A stretch of 64,000 nt of DNA from the NCBI GenBank assembly GCA_053919585.1, contig CM132787.1; one strand, written 5' to 3'. The DNA is from Euprymna scolopes (Eukaryota). Shown in pieces: positions 13,291 through 26,739 of the stretch. Each line of letters starts with the position of its first letter. Within the stretch, counting starts at the first letter, position 1. The notes under the pieces were generated by a model that was not told the DNA's origin, did no database searches, and was given only the letters and a program-made list of their open reading frames with translations. Position numbers and translations under genes: made by a program.

Positions 13291-14851
13291 ATTGTACAGT
13301 AAATTCCAAATATTCTAGCAAGTCGACAACAACATTTTCTTACTTGCTACAAATGGCAAATATTTGTATAAGTTACGCTAATCAGCCACTTTAAGTTATT
13401 TATTTTGCAAGCATTGGCGTCGAAATAATTTAGATACTACCTCACTGCATAACTTTACGTTTAATGTTTTATATGCCTAGCGTAAAACAACACGGAAAAA
13501 CGCATACACATATTCCGAGTCAATATACCACTCTAGAAAAATGTCACTTAGAAAAAGTAAAAAACCAAACGTTCAATCTTATCGACAAAATGTTATCTTT
13601 AATATAGTAACAAAAAAGGGATCAATTGTTTAGATGAGGGCTGATTGTATATATTACTTGTATTGATCAGATTACTGTTGTTATCAATATCTTATTGTGC
13701 AACGTTGGGGTCGAATTGGAATTTGCTTGAAATTGGTTTGTATTTAAAAAAAACATTGAAAAGTTACTGGACCCATAGCTATTTAAGTAGTCTGTGAATT
13801 GATCTCTATTTTATGGTTATAGTTTCAAATATGTGAGAAACTTAGTTGATAAAAGGGGAGGCAACTCTAATAAAGATCGAGATTGTAATATTTTTCGTCG
13901 AAATTTTAATTGTGTACAATGTTATTTTCTACAATTAGAGGCTCTGACTGGTATAAACATCAAGGCTTGATCTCTTATGTAGTATTTTACGCTGTGTGCT
14001 GCCTCCTTGATTTTCCTGACTCACCATCTTATCATTGCCCATTAGTTTTACCTCGTTCAACTAAGGTAATTACTTTCTCTTTCCATATGTGACAACTAGT
14101 CCCGATATTTCGACCTCTTCCAGTGTCACGCCTTAACGGAGTTCTTCTAGCCTTAACTTCTGGGTGACGATCGGGCTTCTATTTGTTATTTTTCCTTATT
14201 TGCAAGAATCCCATATGCACATTTTTTCTTGTTATAAGACCTTCGGTGAATTTAAAAGTGTTCGGTTAAATTTATGTAAGAAAATATTATGTGTTCAGCT
14301 TGTTTAAAATCATCAGTATCATAATGATAATATGTATGATAGACTAGTGGATTTAGCGGGACGTAATATGTAAACGTTAGTCTCCTTTTTTAACCAAATT
14401 CTTTTTATTTCACATTGATCCGTTCCAATAAATATCTAATTGCAATAAATGAATGTGACAATACAAATCAATGCATATAATTTTAGTGAACCTCTTGTGT
14501 TTTTGTATTAGTTTTATGTTTCATCACGTAATTAGAATAAATATTTCATGTCTAGTGTTGCAGAATATTTCACTATTTACGTTAAATTGTTTTCCAAACA
14601 CATATTTCTGTCTAAATCAAATACAAGAATTATATACAATGTTTTCCCAAGCGAATCTGTGTATCAAGGGCCTGCTTTCCAGATTACGACTATTTAGTTT
14701 TATTCAAGTCCATTGTAAATATTTCCTGTTGAATCAACTTTAACCCATCACTACTGATTACTGTTTTGTTGCCTCAACGACCACCGTACACATATTGATC
14801 ATAGCCTTGAGTGAGCTTAAGCTCTGATAAATGGTGACGCCCTTGAAAAAA

Positions 14852-14896
<45 letters not shown>

Positions 14897-15439
14897 CTCT
14901 ATTACAGAAGTTTTCAGTATATGTTTTCTATATACTTTTATAGATGTGTTCTAGAAAATCTATGTGTATTTTTGTTTGGATCTAATTGGGAATATGAGTT
15001 AGTGCTCTGTTTAGAGATAATCACTAATACAGAAATGTATAACGATAGTGAGTTCAAAACTTAGTATCGAAAAATATGATAAAATATCATTAACTGAGTG
15101 ACTTTGTATAAAAAAACGAGTACCGTAGATTTTTTGAAGAGTGCTGCGATATACCTTAGCTCGATCAATGTGTGATAATGACACTGGATACCTGCCTTCT
15201 TTGTATGGATCTACAGAATAGTTTTATCGACATGCACTTTACAAGCGCAAGTCAACATGGTGCCAATATCAATCAGGCATTGAGAGCCGACGTGTTTTTG
15301 TGTCTTCAACTTCGAGTGCAGATGTGCTCTTTTTGTCAAAGTGTGTGCCTCTCACATACAGATATTACCCATACTCGCATTGTCAAAAGTTTTCTAATGC
15401 CTCCAAGTTTAATGAAAATACTATAAAGGATGTCTTCCT

Positions 15440-15760
15440 GAAACAGATGACACAAATGCTGGCTAGGCCCGGAAGAAAGAAAATGATGCCTACAGACTAA
15501 TTGCATGGAGAGACATCAGCTAAAAGGCTGCATGACATCAAACATATGAAAAAGAGAAAGCAGCAAAAACATGGAAATCCTTGTCGAAGGGAAGGTCGAA
15601 GGACAAGAACAACGGCCCAGAATACCGGTTTGAAGATATCAAATATGCGTGTTGGAAAGACAAAATGATTATACCACAGAGCTACAAAGAAACGATTACT
15701 CAGACAACACTCTAGACCGCAAATACTTCCGTCAAACGCCAGAGAAACATAATTGAAAGT
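15440..15760 (+). mobile_element. 3' fragment of an RTE-like LINE, decayed
   Basis: Translates RLHDIKHMKRESSKNMEILVEGKVEGQEQRPRI, resembling the RTE C-terminal motif xL.WFGH..R....I.EGKVEG.R.RGRPR. Confidence 0.6.
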
Positions 15761-17829
15761 TTCTATCCTGCTATGAAGTGAGACGTGTGTAGTTCGTCTT
15801 TTGTTAGAGACAATGGAGAGTTGAACACACTCTATGCGCTTTTCTCTTTTTCAGGCATGCCTATGTCTGAACTATGCTTAGTGTACTGGTTGACCAGTTC
15901 ATTGTAACACATAAAACATGTAATTATCCCCTTCTCATATGGGCTCATTATTTTCCAAGTGAACCAATCTATTCTTCTGTTGGATTTTATTTGTTCCAGA
16001 GTTTTCGTGTCATAAATAACTGGCTGTAAAGTTTGTTTTTATCTATATCTTACGAGCATGTGTCTTACACAGGAATATATAAGCAAAACGCATGCAAATG
16101 ATTGTCTTAAAATTCTTGGAAAAGGCTCACTACTTTATTATTTTTTAATAATATTTAAGAAAACGATATGCAAATAGCTAATTATCGTCTTCGCAAGATA
16201 ATATTAAATATAGACCAAACTGTTTTTTTACACCTGTGTTTAGAATATCATCTAAACATCTGTGAGTGTTAAGTGTAAATTTTATCCACGAATTATAACA
16301 TTAGTTTACAGTCTGCAATTTCGTGTATATAGGCGGAGTAAGAAATGTTAAAAATCTTCACATATCTACGTGACAATCAATCTTAGTAACGCGCTATTTG
16401 CCTAGTTATATTAAAACTTGGGGACGTTTACAATTATTTAAACACCTATATTAAACATGGAACCGTCAGAAAAGCTATCAAAGAAATGGGGACCGAAAAT
16501 AGGAAGGATACAGGTGTAGTGATTGATCTAGTAATGGAGCTGTTATGCATGCGTTGTGAACTTAACATTTGGAATGAACATAATATTATCAGGAAGTTCA
16601 TATTATATAATTTCTGATTGCTATCATCCCATCTTATACTACAATGAAACCTACCATACACGCCAGCCAATAAATATCAGTAAATGATCTCCTTCATTTC
16701 AGAATATTTTCTTAGAATGACTTTCGAAAATACATAAGCTATTTTCTTGTTAAATGTTAATAGAAAAGCTAGACATACGTACATATGTACAAAAGCTGAA
16801 CAGAAATGATGATACAATTAAATAGATATACTTTATAAATATATACAACAGTAATCCATATTGTTTTTATTACATTGTAAAATGAATACCTCTGACAAAA
16901 ATCACCCGCCAACTAAAGCTAATAAATAATAAATATGTTACATATAGTTTTACTCAGTCTGAAATTCTCAGCATTTTGGTCTAAAATAATATATTAAAAT
17001 CTTTTTTCTATCGTATATGCATCTAGAAATTCTTATAATTTATTTTATTACACTTCCGAGCAACACATTTTAGTAGTGACAATTTATTATCGTTGTCAAT
17101 TTTATGTGTCTTCATACAGATTAATACTTGAAGCTTGGTTTAACTTCAAATAGTTTTAATTACACCTAATCAGTAATTTACTATTGGCACGTAAAATTTG
17201 GAATGCCAGTCAGTGCGCAATGATTAAAAAATAAATTGTATTTTTAAATTATGTAATTGTTTTTAAATGTGCATCGCCTAGTCACCTGGACTAATTGTGT
17301 AAATGTGGAGTTATTCCTGGATGGAAACTATACATAAATAAAAAAGAAATACATTTTTAAGAATTTGCATTAATTTGGTAGAAATGGCGACATTACATAG
17401 GAGGATTTGTATATGCATATTTTATTTACTCATTTTAAAATATAATGCATTTAACAATAAGTATATTACAATAGGGAAAGATTATTTAAGCATGCAACTT
17501 AGTGCAACAAAAATTCTGGTTGAAATATTTTATTTGTATTATATCTCTNNNNNNNNNNNNNNNNNNNNNNNNNNNNNNNNNNNNNNNNNNNNNNNNNNNN
17601 NNNNNNNNNNNNNNNNNNNNNNNNNNNNNNNNNNNNNNNNNNNNNNNNNNNNNNNNNNNNNNNNNNNNNNNNNNNNNNNNNNNNNNNNNNNNNNNNNNNN
17701 NNNNNNNNNNNNNNNNNNNNNNNNNNNNNNNNNAAATTCTGAAAAACACAACGTATACAGATATATTCGATTTAAGAATTTATTGTTTGAGAAAATGAAT
17801 ATTCAGAAGGGGGTATTTTTATTTCCTTA

Positions 17830-18450
17830 ATCCATGGATTTCCAACAAATGGCTTATATCATAAGAGGAAATGAAATGCAGTTAGCAAAATGCTCAGCTG
17901 CAAATGGACGCTAATTTTGCTTTTCAGCACAATTATTGAAAATAGGTTTTGAGTGCTTGTGGATAATTATATGAAAAAATATACGAAAAGAGAAATTGAT
18001 ACAACCTGAGTAATCGATTATCAGAACGTTTCCAATATTGTTCGGAGTTATAAACCCAGGTTGGCAGAAAATATGCCCAGGGGAGAAAGTAATCTTCTCA
18101 AATAGCGAAAGCGCATTGATCCTTACTTATTTTTCGAAAAGTATATGGGGCAGCCTTATTCGTTGTTGCTTGGGGTGTGTGTTGGTTGATGCAGTACCAA
18201 ATGCTTTCTTGGTGTTGACTAAGTGTATTCGATATTGGGTGGATATACCATTCCATTGTAATGATCCCCGTGAGTAATAGAATATGGGCATTGAGGTAAT
18301 ATGCAATGGACCTTGACATCAATAGTATAGGTAGCAAAATAGCAAAAAAATTCTGGAGATGATATTCAGAAGTGTGCGTTGGACGGCTTGCTTCTTGTGT
18401 AAATCCCGGTAAAAAGAAAGATAGTTCGCTTTCTTGTTGATAGTGGGCGA
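17830..18450 (-). mobile_element. Possible decayed LINE APE-endonuclease region
   Basis: The minus strand gives ILLLTG..EW (cf. ILxGDFN..W) and SDNRLL (cf. SDH.LV) in the expected order. Heavily frameshifted. Confidence 0.25.
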
Positions 18451-18921
18451 GGAAAGCCTTTTAGATGAGGGAAAGAGGAGATGGGGTAAGGTACAGAGGG
18501 TAAAGAAAGAGGTGGAGAGTTAATATTAGGCGAGCATGCAGGTTCTAATGGATTTTTTTCGGCGGAGGGGATTGTATTTTAGTATTCTTTAAAATGGTTG
18601 ACCTCTTGATTTTAAGTTCAAAAGGGAAATGGATATACTTGTGATTTTCAGTAGGAGGTGCGTGATAAGGTGAGGGTGTGATAAATAAAACTGGGTCACA
18701 CAACGACAACAAGCGTGATGAACTGACTTATCTGAACTTAGCAAGTCACCTTTTAGTATACAATCAAAATTAAAAGAACCAAAACTTAAACTCACTTAAA
18801 TAAGTCACCCTCGAGACATTCCATATTTTCAGACCATGACTTGTCTCTATCTCCCCCTCATGGGCTCTCCCATCCGCACGGCAACAACAGCACACCCATC
18901 ACTTATCACGCCCGCCCCCAT

Positions 18922-18962
<41 letters not shown>

Positions 18963-19224
18963 CTTCAGAATAGTTTTTATTTAACAATCAGTTGTTATGG
19001 AAACGTGAGATTGTAGGTTTACAAACTATTACTGGCAGTAATATTTTTAAGTTATCCCATCTAAACCAGAATTGCTCGATATGCAAGATAGAGCAAATAA
19101 ATTAAATTGTAATTCAATTAATTTCAAAAAAAACTCTAATCGAAATGAAATGAAGTGGATGAGTTTCATATCAATAATTTTTATTCTTCTAAGCAAGACA
19201 AAGAATGATTCAGAAAATGAATTT

Positions 19225-19266
19225 CCTTAACCTATAGGGTTTCGATGTCTACCATCTCATCAGAGG
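19225..19266 (-). ncRNA. Type I hammerhead ribozyme with one stem III mismatch
   Basis: cct CTGATGA gatg-gtaga-catc GAAA ccc-tata-ggt TA agg. The core is intact, with a C:U mismatch in stem III and a UUA triplet. Confidence 0.8.
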
Positions 19267-19421
19267 AGAGAAAATATTAGTATGCACCCTATTTGCTAAA
19301 GTCAGTGAGACATGGAAAGTCAAAGTGAAAATAACTTTCTCTTTCACTTTGACTTTCCATGTCTCACTGACTTTAGCAAATAGGGTGCATACCTCAATAA
19401 CTATTTGCTAATATTTTCTCC

Positions 19422-19463
19422 CCTCTGATGAGATGGTAAGCATCGAAACCCTATAGGGTAAGG
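19422..19463 (+). ncRNA. Type I hammerhead ribozyme, consensus-perfect
   Basis: cct CTGATGA gatg-gtaag-catc GAAA ccc-tata-ggg TA agg. All core residues and stems I, II and III are present. GUA triplet, predicted cleavage after 19460. Confidence 0.92.
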
Positions 19464-19585
19464 AAATTAATTTTCTGAATCATTCTTTGTCTTGCTTAGA
19501 ATAATAAAAAAATATTTTATATGAAACTCAACCACTTCATTTGATTTCAATGAGAGTTTTATGAAATTCATTGAATTACAATTAA

Positions 19586-19635
<50 letters not shown>

Positions 19636-20429
19636 GTGTAGATGCGTCCGTTCCGTCTCAAAAGACAAATGATACCCCTTAGGGTCAGTAGTCTTGGGTA
19701 TGTTGCCTGAATTCTTTGGGTACCGGTTTAGCAGTGTGTCTGGCTGCTGTGATTTGACTGAATGTTCAATGACTTTTATTCATTAGTAGCTTTTATAATA
19801 AATTATATAATAGCGGTGTGTTAAAACTCAAATATAACGCATAAACATTGACTCCTAGTTATCTTCAGTCATATTCCTCGAGGCTGCAATCATAGTCTCT
19901 GCTATATGTTTTGTATCATGCACATTAATTTTGTTAAGATGTTCACCTTTTAACTAAACACATTAAATAAAATGATGGCCTATTTAATAGATACAATCAA
20001 ACCAGACGCAGACGCCAACAAAATAAATTTGGCTCTTTCCTGGAATCTCGCATTCATAAATACTGTAGACAGAGCAATCACTTAGATGATGTATTGAAAT
20101 GAAATGTAATGAAAATTGTCGATGTATATTATCTCTTTTTTGGAAAAGTGTAAAAATAAAGCTAGTGACTTGTTTATCCAGCAGTTGAAGCACATGTCCC
20201 AACATTCCTTAGAAAACCCAAAGCTTTCTCAATAGTATTTTTCCTTTGTGCCGATTACATAGCTCACAGAAAGTATGTATTCCGCAGAATTATCCGACAT
20301 AATAACAGTAAATTAAATAAAATTACACAGAAGAAAGAAATAAAAATTAAGACGAAGTATAACATTAAAAAAATCCCTAATGAACGCATAAGTCGTAGGA
20401 AAAATGAAATGCTGATATCTGGAATATAA

Positions 20430-20498
<69 letters not shown>

Positions 20499-20559
20499 AT
20501 ATAAAAAAGTTAGCAATTTCCTCACCATTCATTAAATTGTGGGTTTATGCACGGCAACC

Positions 20560-21930
20560 ACAAACGCTAAATGTTTGCCAAACATTTAGCCTCCAACTCT
20601 ACTGTGGACCCAGATAACCTACTTCTCTTAGATGTTGATTTTTGCAGAAAGAAGCCCCACTCGAGCTTCTAAAAACTATCATATTTCTTCGTGATATCTT
20701 AAGAAAGTACATAATTCTGTGGCGAGTGAACCTGATAAACTCCCGTCTCTACTATCGAATTTATATTCGGCGAGGTTTTTTTGTTTTGTTTTTTCAAACC
20801 CTCTAAAACGTCGCTTACCTAATTTTGCCTACTAGCCTGCTAGGAAACTTCTCCAATTTTACCAATATACAAGAATTTTTGAAAAATAACTTGTTTTATT
20901 ATAGCTCCATCTCGCTGTCAAAATTATTTATCTGTTTATTAATGAAGTACTAGTGCGCTGGCTTATAGATACTGAACATTTTTGTGACGGACAATATTAA
21001 TTAGGGTGTTTTCTCCAAATAATCTAACGGCATTATTATAATGCCTATACCACACACTGCATAACGAAAGCGGCAAGGGTTATAGTCCTAGATATACCTA
21101 AAGAGTTTAAAAAGATTTGACACGATAGTCTGCTCATGAAAATTAATTACATGGCATTACTAGACGAATATTACTATAATAAAATCTTTCCAAAATAAGA
21201 TAGTTCCTCGGCATCGTACGTCAGAAGAATATGATGTAAATGCAGGTGTGCCTCAACTTTTCACCTTTATACCTTAATTACTTTCAATATTTATAAAGAG
21301 CTTCGTGATTGCCTACTAATGGGGTGTATTTGTTGACGCCACTCCGCAGCCAAGACACGAGAGAAAATAATAAGCACATACTAAAGGAAATCGCTTTAAC
21401 CTAAACCACAGTCTGCAGGAGTAAAAATGCACAGTAACATTCAATACTGCCAATAGCTTCTGTTCTTTAATAATTATACAAAATATTCTCAACCACGAAT
21501 GCATATGAATAATAACGAATTACCTAAAAGCTCTTACTTTATAAAAATTCGGCTTAATATTCATAGAGAACATGAACTGATACCAATACTTCGAGACCAT
21601 AAAACAGGTGTTGTGAAGATAGTGGTATCTCCTTAGCGTTCTGGAAATGTCCTCACCTGTAAGTCTATTCTATAGATATGAAACGTCACCATTCAAATAT
21701 ACGGTGTCTTGTGCTGCCAAACCGGGGTGCATTAACCGCCAGTCTTTCCCTTTTCAACAATGGTAAAACGCGTTATTAATTTCATAGTTCCGGAACTATC
21801 AAGTAGATTCATTCCTACTATGTGATCGCTGGAGTTTGACAGCCAGTACATCTTTTACAACTTATTATACAGAATGCTCTCCCTGGAAATCAGATTACTT
21901 GTACCTCCTCTATTTAAATAAAAAAAAATA
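20560..21930 (+). mobile_element. Decayed LINE reverse transcriptase (CR1/L2-like)
   Basis: Motif remnants occur in order: CLPNI/FAKHLASNSTVD, VLDIPKEFKKI*HDSLLMK (cf. LDISKAFDKVWH..LL.K), NAGVPQ, FVDAT (cf. FADD). The downstream part resembles the 39-kb copy. Confidence 0.8.
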
Positions 21931-23024
21931 ATCCCCCTAAAAACAACTTAATTCCACTGTTACACTATAGAACCTCAGTATTTTTATCATATATATTTAG
22001 AATATATTTTCAGATATTTTATTATCTGAATATATTGCATAAAGACGTTCAGATGTAAGATTTACAACCAACTCGTTGCTTAAACCCGATAGAAGTGCGA
22101 AATTAGTTCCTTATTATAACCGATCAGGTCAACGGGCACGGTCATTGTAAAAGGTTAGTAATCGTAACAATAATCCGGAAAATCCATCGGATGAATCCCC
22201 ACCTTTATACTACCAAAATGAAAAAAAACTTAATAGTTTAAAAAAAATTAAAAGCTAACTTAGCACACATACATCTTATTTATGTACATCCTGTACTTAT
22301 TCCTTAAATATACAGATATAAAAAAACGTACTTATTCATCAATAATTTTATAAGGTGGTAATTTGCTTCAAATATGAATATAGAACAGAACATGGTAAAA
22401 CAAGTTCGCCTGTGTTTCACATTGATAAATATGAAATCGGAAAACGTATAGGAAAAAGAAATACAATGTTTTTATTTATTATTTAGTATAAATTTTTACA
22501 TGGTTAAATATAATTAGAGATTTGTATATATCATATGAACGCAAATGTTGTGTTCTGCAGCGATTTAGCCTGTTTTACTATTTGTATTTTTGTTGAGAAT
22601 TCGTGGTAAATTTTGATGTGTAGTGTCATCACACCAAAAAACATAGATAGCTTACTAATCCTGTCTACGTTTTAGCATTTATTATGCAACATCAACACTC
22701 AAGTGATATCATTGCTTTTATTTTCTGAAAATCTTACTTGTTCTTACATATGCTGTTATAGGCGAACAGTGAAATTAAATGAATAATACGATGAATCGTA
22801 TCAATTTAACAGTGTAACCCGCTGTATATAACAATTTGTGCGAATCTATCAGTTCATAATAACTTATTAGTAGAATATATGCAAAATAAAATTACAATTC
22901 TGTTACAGATTTTGTTTTTTCACACATCATTATTATTTTTATTCGAAAGAGCATAAGACATTGTCGGCAAACAATCAGCCATTAAATGTATATCAAGTTT
23001 AGCAGGAGTACATATTATTTTATG

Positions 23025-23082
<58 letters not shown>

Positions 23083-23768
23083 TTAAAGTTGAAATATAAT
23101 TCATTAGAACATTTCTTCTTTAGAAAAATATCTTATGTTTCTTCCTAAGGTGTTATATAAGCGTAATTTTATCTGAAGAAAAGGACTGTTTTGCCCACTT
23201 AAATTGAATTAGTTTCCATAATAAGATGTATCTACAGCTGAGGTAGCAAATATAATTTTCGATTTTAGTTAGCCTTCAGCGGTCAAGGTATGTGAAATTA
23301 AGAGAAACAACAGGTGCTCACTTAAGTATCCGAGTATTTCGCGATTCAGCTATTATCATGTAATTGTTTAAAAAGTACAATAGTAAATAATCAGCATTTG
23401 ACAAGAAGCAGTAATGATACACATATCACTTATTAAATATTAGAAGGCACAAGCGAAATGTACGACACATAATTTACACATGTTAAATAATATATATTGA
23501 TAGTAACATTATATTGTAAATAGGTGGTTTATATGGAAAATTGTTATGGATAACGTTAAAAATTATCGTGACATGGTGCCGCTACTTTTAATGCACACAC
23601 AGTAAAGTTTTTTTCTGAAATAAAACAAAGATTAATGCATGATTGTGAAAATAAATAGCCTATTAATGTTGGACAAATATATATTCGTGTCAGCCAACGT
23701 AATTTGTAAATATTTGCCAAAGTAATTATGATTATTGTAAATTACGTGACTATTGTTTTTACAATACA

Positions 23769-23830
<62 letters not shown>

Positions 23831-24310
23831 GTCTGTGTATGTGTGTGTACGTGTGTGTACGTGTTTGGCTGTTTCTGTGTAGAAGGGGAATGTATGTAAT
23901 TATGTATATGTGATCTACATTTTATTAAGGTATACAGTGGCGAGTAAATTTTCTGAAATATAATAAAGAGTGTTTAATGTTCCTTCTAGAGTTTCGTTAA
24001 TTATTTTTAGACAGTTTATCAACTTATTATTTTGCGAAGCGAAATCATACTTATTCATCAACATATTTACATACTTATTTTCTTAAATACCAGCATAAGT
24101 AAAATAATAATAAATAAAGTAAGCTCATTTTAAAAACATCACTTATCCAATTTTTTATTATTATTATAACTTAATTTCATTATGAAAAAATCTATTTAGA
24201 ATGACATACCTATCAATATTTGGAAGTGAAGTTTATAATAGTTTAATTATTACTTATTACAGAAGCAGTCATGATCGATGGGTGAAATAATTGAGCTGTG
24301 TTTGAGTTGA

Positions 24311-24612
24311 TGTAACACTGATGAAGAAGGAAGGGAAAAAATATACAAAGGAAGAGAGGAGAGACATAGGTTACATGTGGCACTGAAACGCCAGGATAAG
24401 ACGTGCCCTAAACATTACTTGATACAACCAAGTGCCACATAATCGGCGTGGCAGAATCTTGTTTAGATTGTTGAAGAAAGACAACACTTTTGAACAAGAG
24501 ACAAGCCATTAATATTTAAGTGCCTGAAATTATATTTTATATTTTGTGTATGCCGACTGAGAACATTTAACTACTAGTTAACGGAAAAACATTTGGCGCA
24601 GTAGGACCGGGG
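24311..24612 (+). mobile_element. Candidate Gypsy-type 5' LTR plus primer-binding site
   Basis: TGTAAC at 24311 and ...AACA at 24591, followed by tt-TGGCGCAGTAGGA, a TGG-initiated PBS-like motif. No second LTR was found. Confidence 0.4.
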
Positions 24613-26431
24613 TTCTTCAAAAAAAAGTGTTCGGGGTGAGGAAAAAACTTTCATCCCGGAAGAATACAGTCGCAAAGTAAAAAGTTAAGAACGAATAAAT
24701 CTAAGAATTAAAAGAGAAATTGAAAATAAAATAATTTCACTGAGTTGTAAGAACCATTATTAATTTCTTGTTTATATATTTTTATTCAATAGTCTTGAAA
24801 TGTCTTGTTTTACTGTAACTAGTTTTACGACTCGGTTATATAATTTTATATGGAACAAAATTCAATTATATGTTTACGAAGCAAATTGCTTATTATAGTT
24901 GCAGAAAGAAGTGTGATGTAACTAATGAAAAAATTATATATTCATTTACTTGGAAATTGATATTCAAACTTGACAACTGATATTCAGTTCTCAGCTGAGG
25001 ACACCATGCGTGCTTACTTATTTTTAATTTTATGGTTACTTATATTTTGGAATAAAATAAGATATAGCGTATTCTTAGCATTGGTACTACTTAGTGTTCA
25101 TAATTTTTTTTTAATACTTTGGAGTTTTAAAACCGTATCCTTAAATCTAAAAACCCAAGACAGCACTATGTATATGCAAAGCTATATTTACGTTTTAAAC
25201 TAATGTAAAGCAGAATTCTTTGGCGATAAAGTAAGATACTTGAACTTAATAGGATATTATCCGTTGATACGTAAAGTTGAACTTTTTATGCTTAAATAGT
25301 GGTTGCATTTCCACTGTAGTAAAAAGATAAGTATCCAATAAGAAGTTAAGTCACTATCGAATACCAATACTTATGATTTGGATTACCACGAATTTGTTCG
25401 TAGACACTAAGAACGTTGCTGACAGAATTAGGACAACAAATTAAATTCCACGTATATAGAATAAACTTAGGTATTAGAAGATAGTGGCTGCACTTTTAAA
25501 AGTTCGTTTTTCTAGCAAAGTAAATTAGAAAATACAGAAAATTAGAGGAGTAAATGAATAACAACGGTGACCGAGTTAGATGGAAACACTACCGAATATA
25601 AATAACAAAGTTTAATCCCAGTTAGATTAAATACTATTACCAAAAATAACCTCGTTATATATAGCTGAGCAGTTATAAGGTAAATACATTGACATAACAA
25701 AGAGTTTACTTAACGATCTTGGTCAATACATGAGAGGGTAAAGTTTTAACTGAAGAAATAAGAAACCTATTTGTGAAGACGGCGTAGAAATCTCTCCTGT
25801 ACTAGGAGAGATATATAAAGTATATGACTGAAATGATTATTGTTAGAAGCGAAAAATTCTGAAGAAAATGGGAAAGCATGCATCAGAAAAATCGTGCACT
25901 ACTGAAAAAACGTAACAAAAGAGTCTGGGTATACAATTAATTGTATAGCATATTTCGTACGAAGACTATCAATGAACAATGAACTGATTTTATTACAAAA
26001 GTAATAATATCCAGTTCCAGTTAGGTAATATTAAAAACTTATCACTAACATATGAAAAACGTTTACACATGACGCTGGTTTGGTACTGGCTTTAGTTAAC
26101 TAGCTTTTTTTTACGTATTCTGAATATTTTGTTTTTGGTCAACAAATCTGTACTACTTTCGCACATATTCAATCATTTTTTTTCAAATCGCGCTGTTAAA
26201 AAATTACTACTTTACCCTTTCAACATATAAACACTTTATTTTTAATTTAGTATACACGTCAAATATTAATTAAATTTAAAAATGAAAGAAATAACAAAAG
26301 TGGATATGCTTGATGAAGAAAATACTAAATTTAAACGCTTATAAACAGACCTTTTTCGTAAAATTGTAAATAAATTAATAAATCTGGTTAACTGTGGAAC
26401 ATAGAAATACCATTTGCATGATTCCAAACGA

Positions 26432-26497
26432 TTTCATTTTGACTTTTTAAATATTTTCAATGGCTTTCATTTTGACTTTTTAAATATTTTCAATGGC
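26432..26497. repeat. Exact 33-bp tandem duplication
   Basis: tttcattttgactttttaaatattttcaatggc x2. Confidence 0.95.
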
Positions 26498-26739
26498 TTA
26501 AATTGCCGTCATTATAAAACTGAATTCATTGCATTTTCTTCAATTAATAATCAATCCAGGTGTATCATATGTATACATATTTCTGGTTATTTTAGTACAG
26601 TAAGTATTCTGGTAAAAAGACAAGGACATATTATTTAGCAGAAAGAAAATATATTAAAAATAACAACAAAACCAACAAAAATAATATTATTTGGATACGT
26701 CAGCCTGAGCACTACCAACGCAAAACTCGCGATTAACCC

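Larger units (their letters stand above)
19025..19587. mobile_element. Fold-back element: inverted pair of hammerhead-containing repeats (Penelope pseudo-LTR/retrozyme-like)
   Basis: Arms at ~19100-19330 and 19342-19587. The inner 51 bp are perfectly complementary around an 11-nt loop and the outer arms are diverged. The right end abuts (TA)n(TG)n. Confidence 0.85.

Noticed and set aside
15290-15390. piggyBac-like cysteine-rich domain (CSFCQSVCLSH)
   Set aside because: Too short, and no upstream DDD domain or TTAA-TIR was found.
25858-25890. Hammerhead-like ctgaaga..gaaa gcatgc atc
   Set aside because: No stem II pairing and stem III is out of register.
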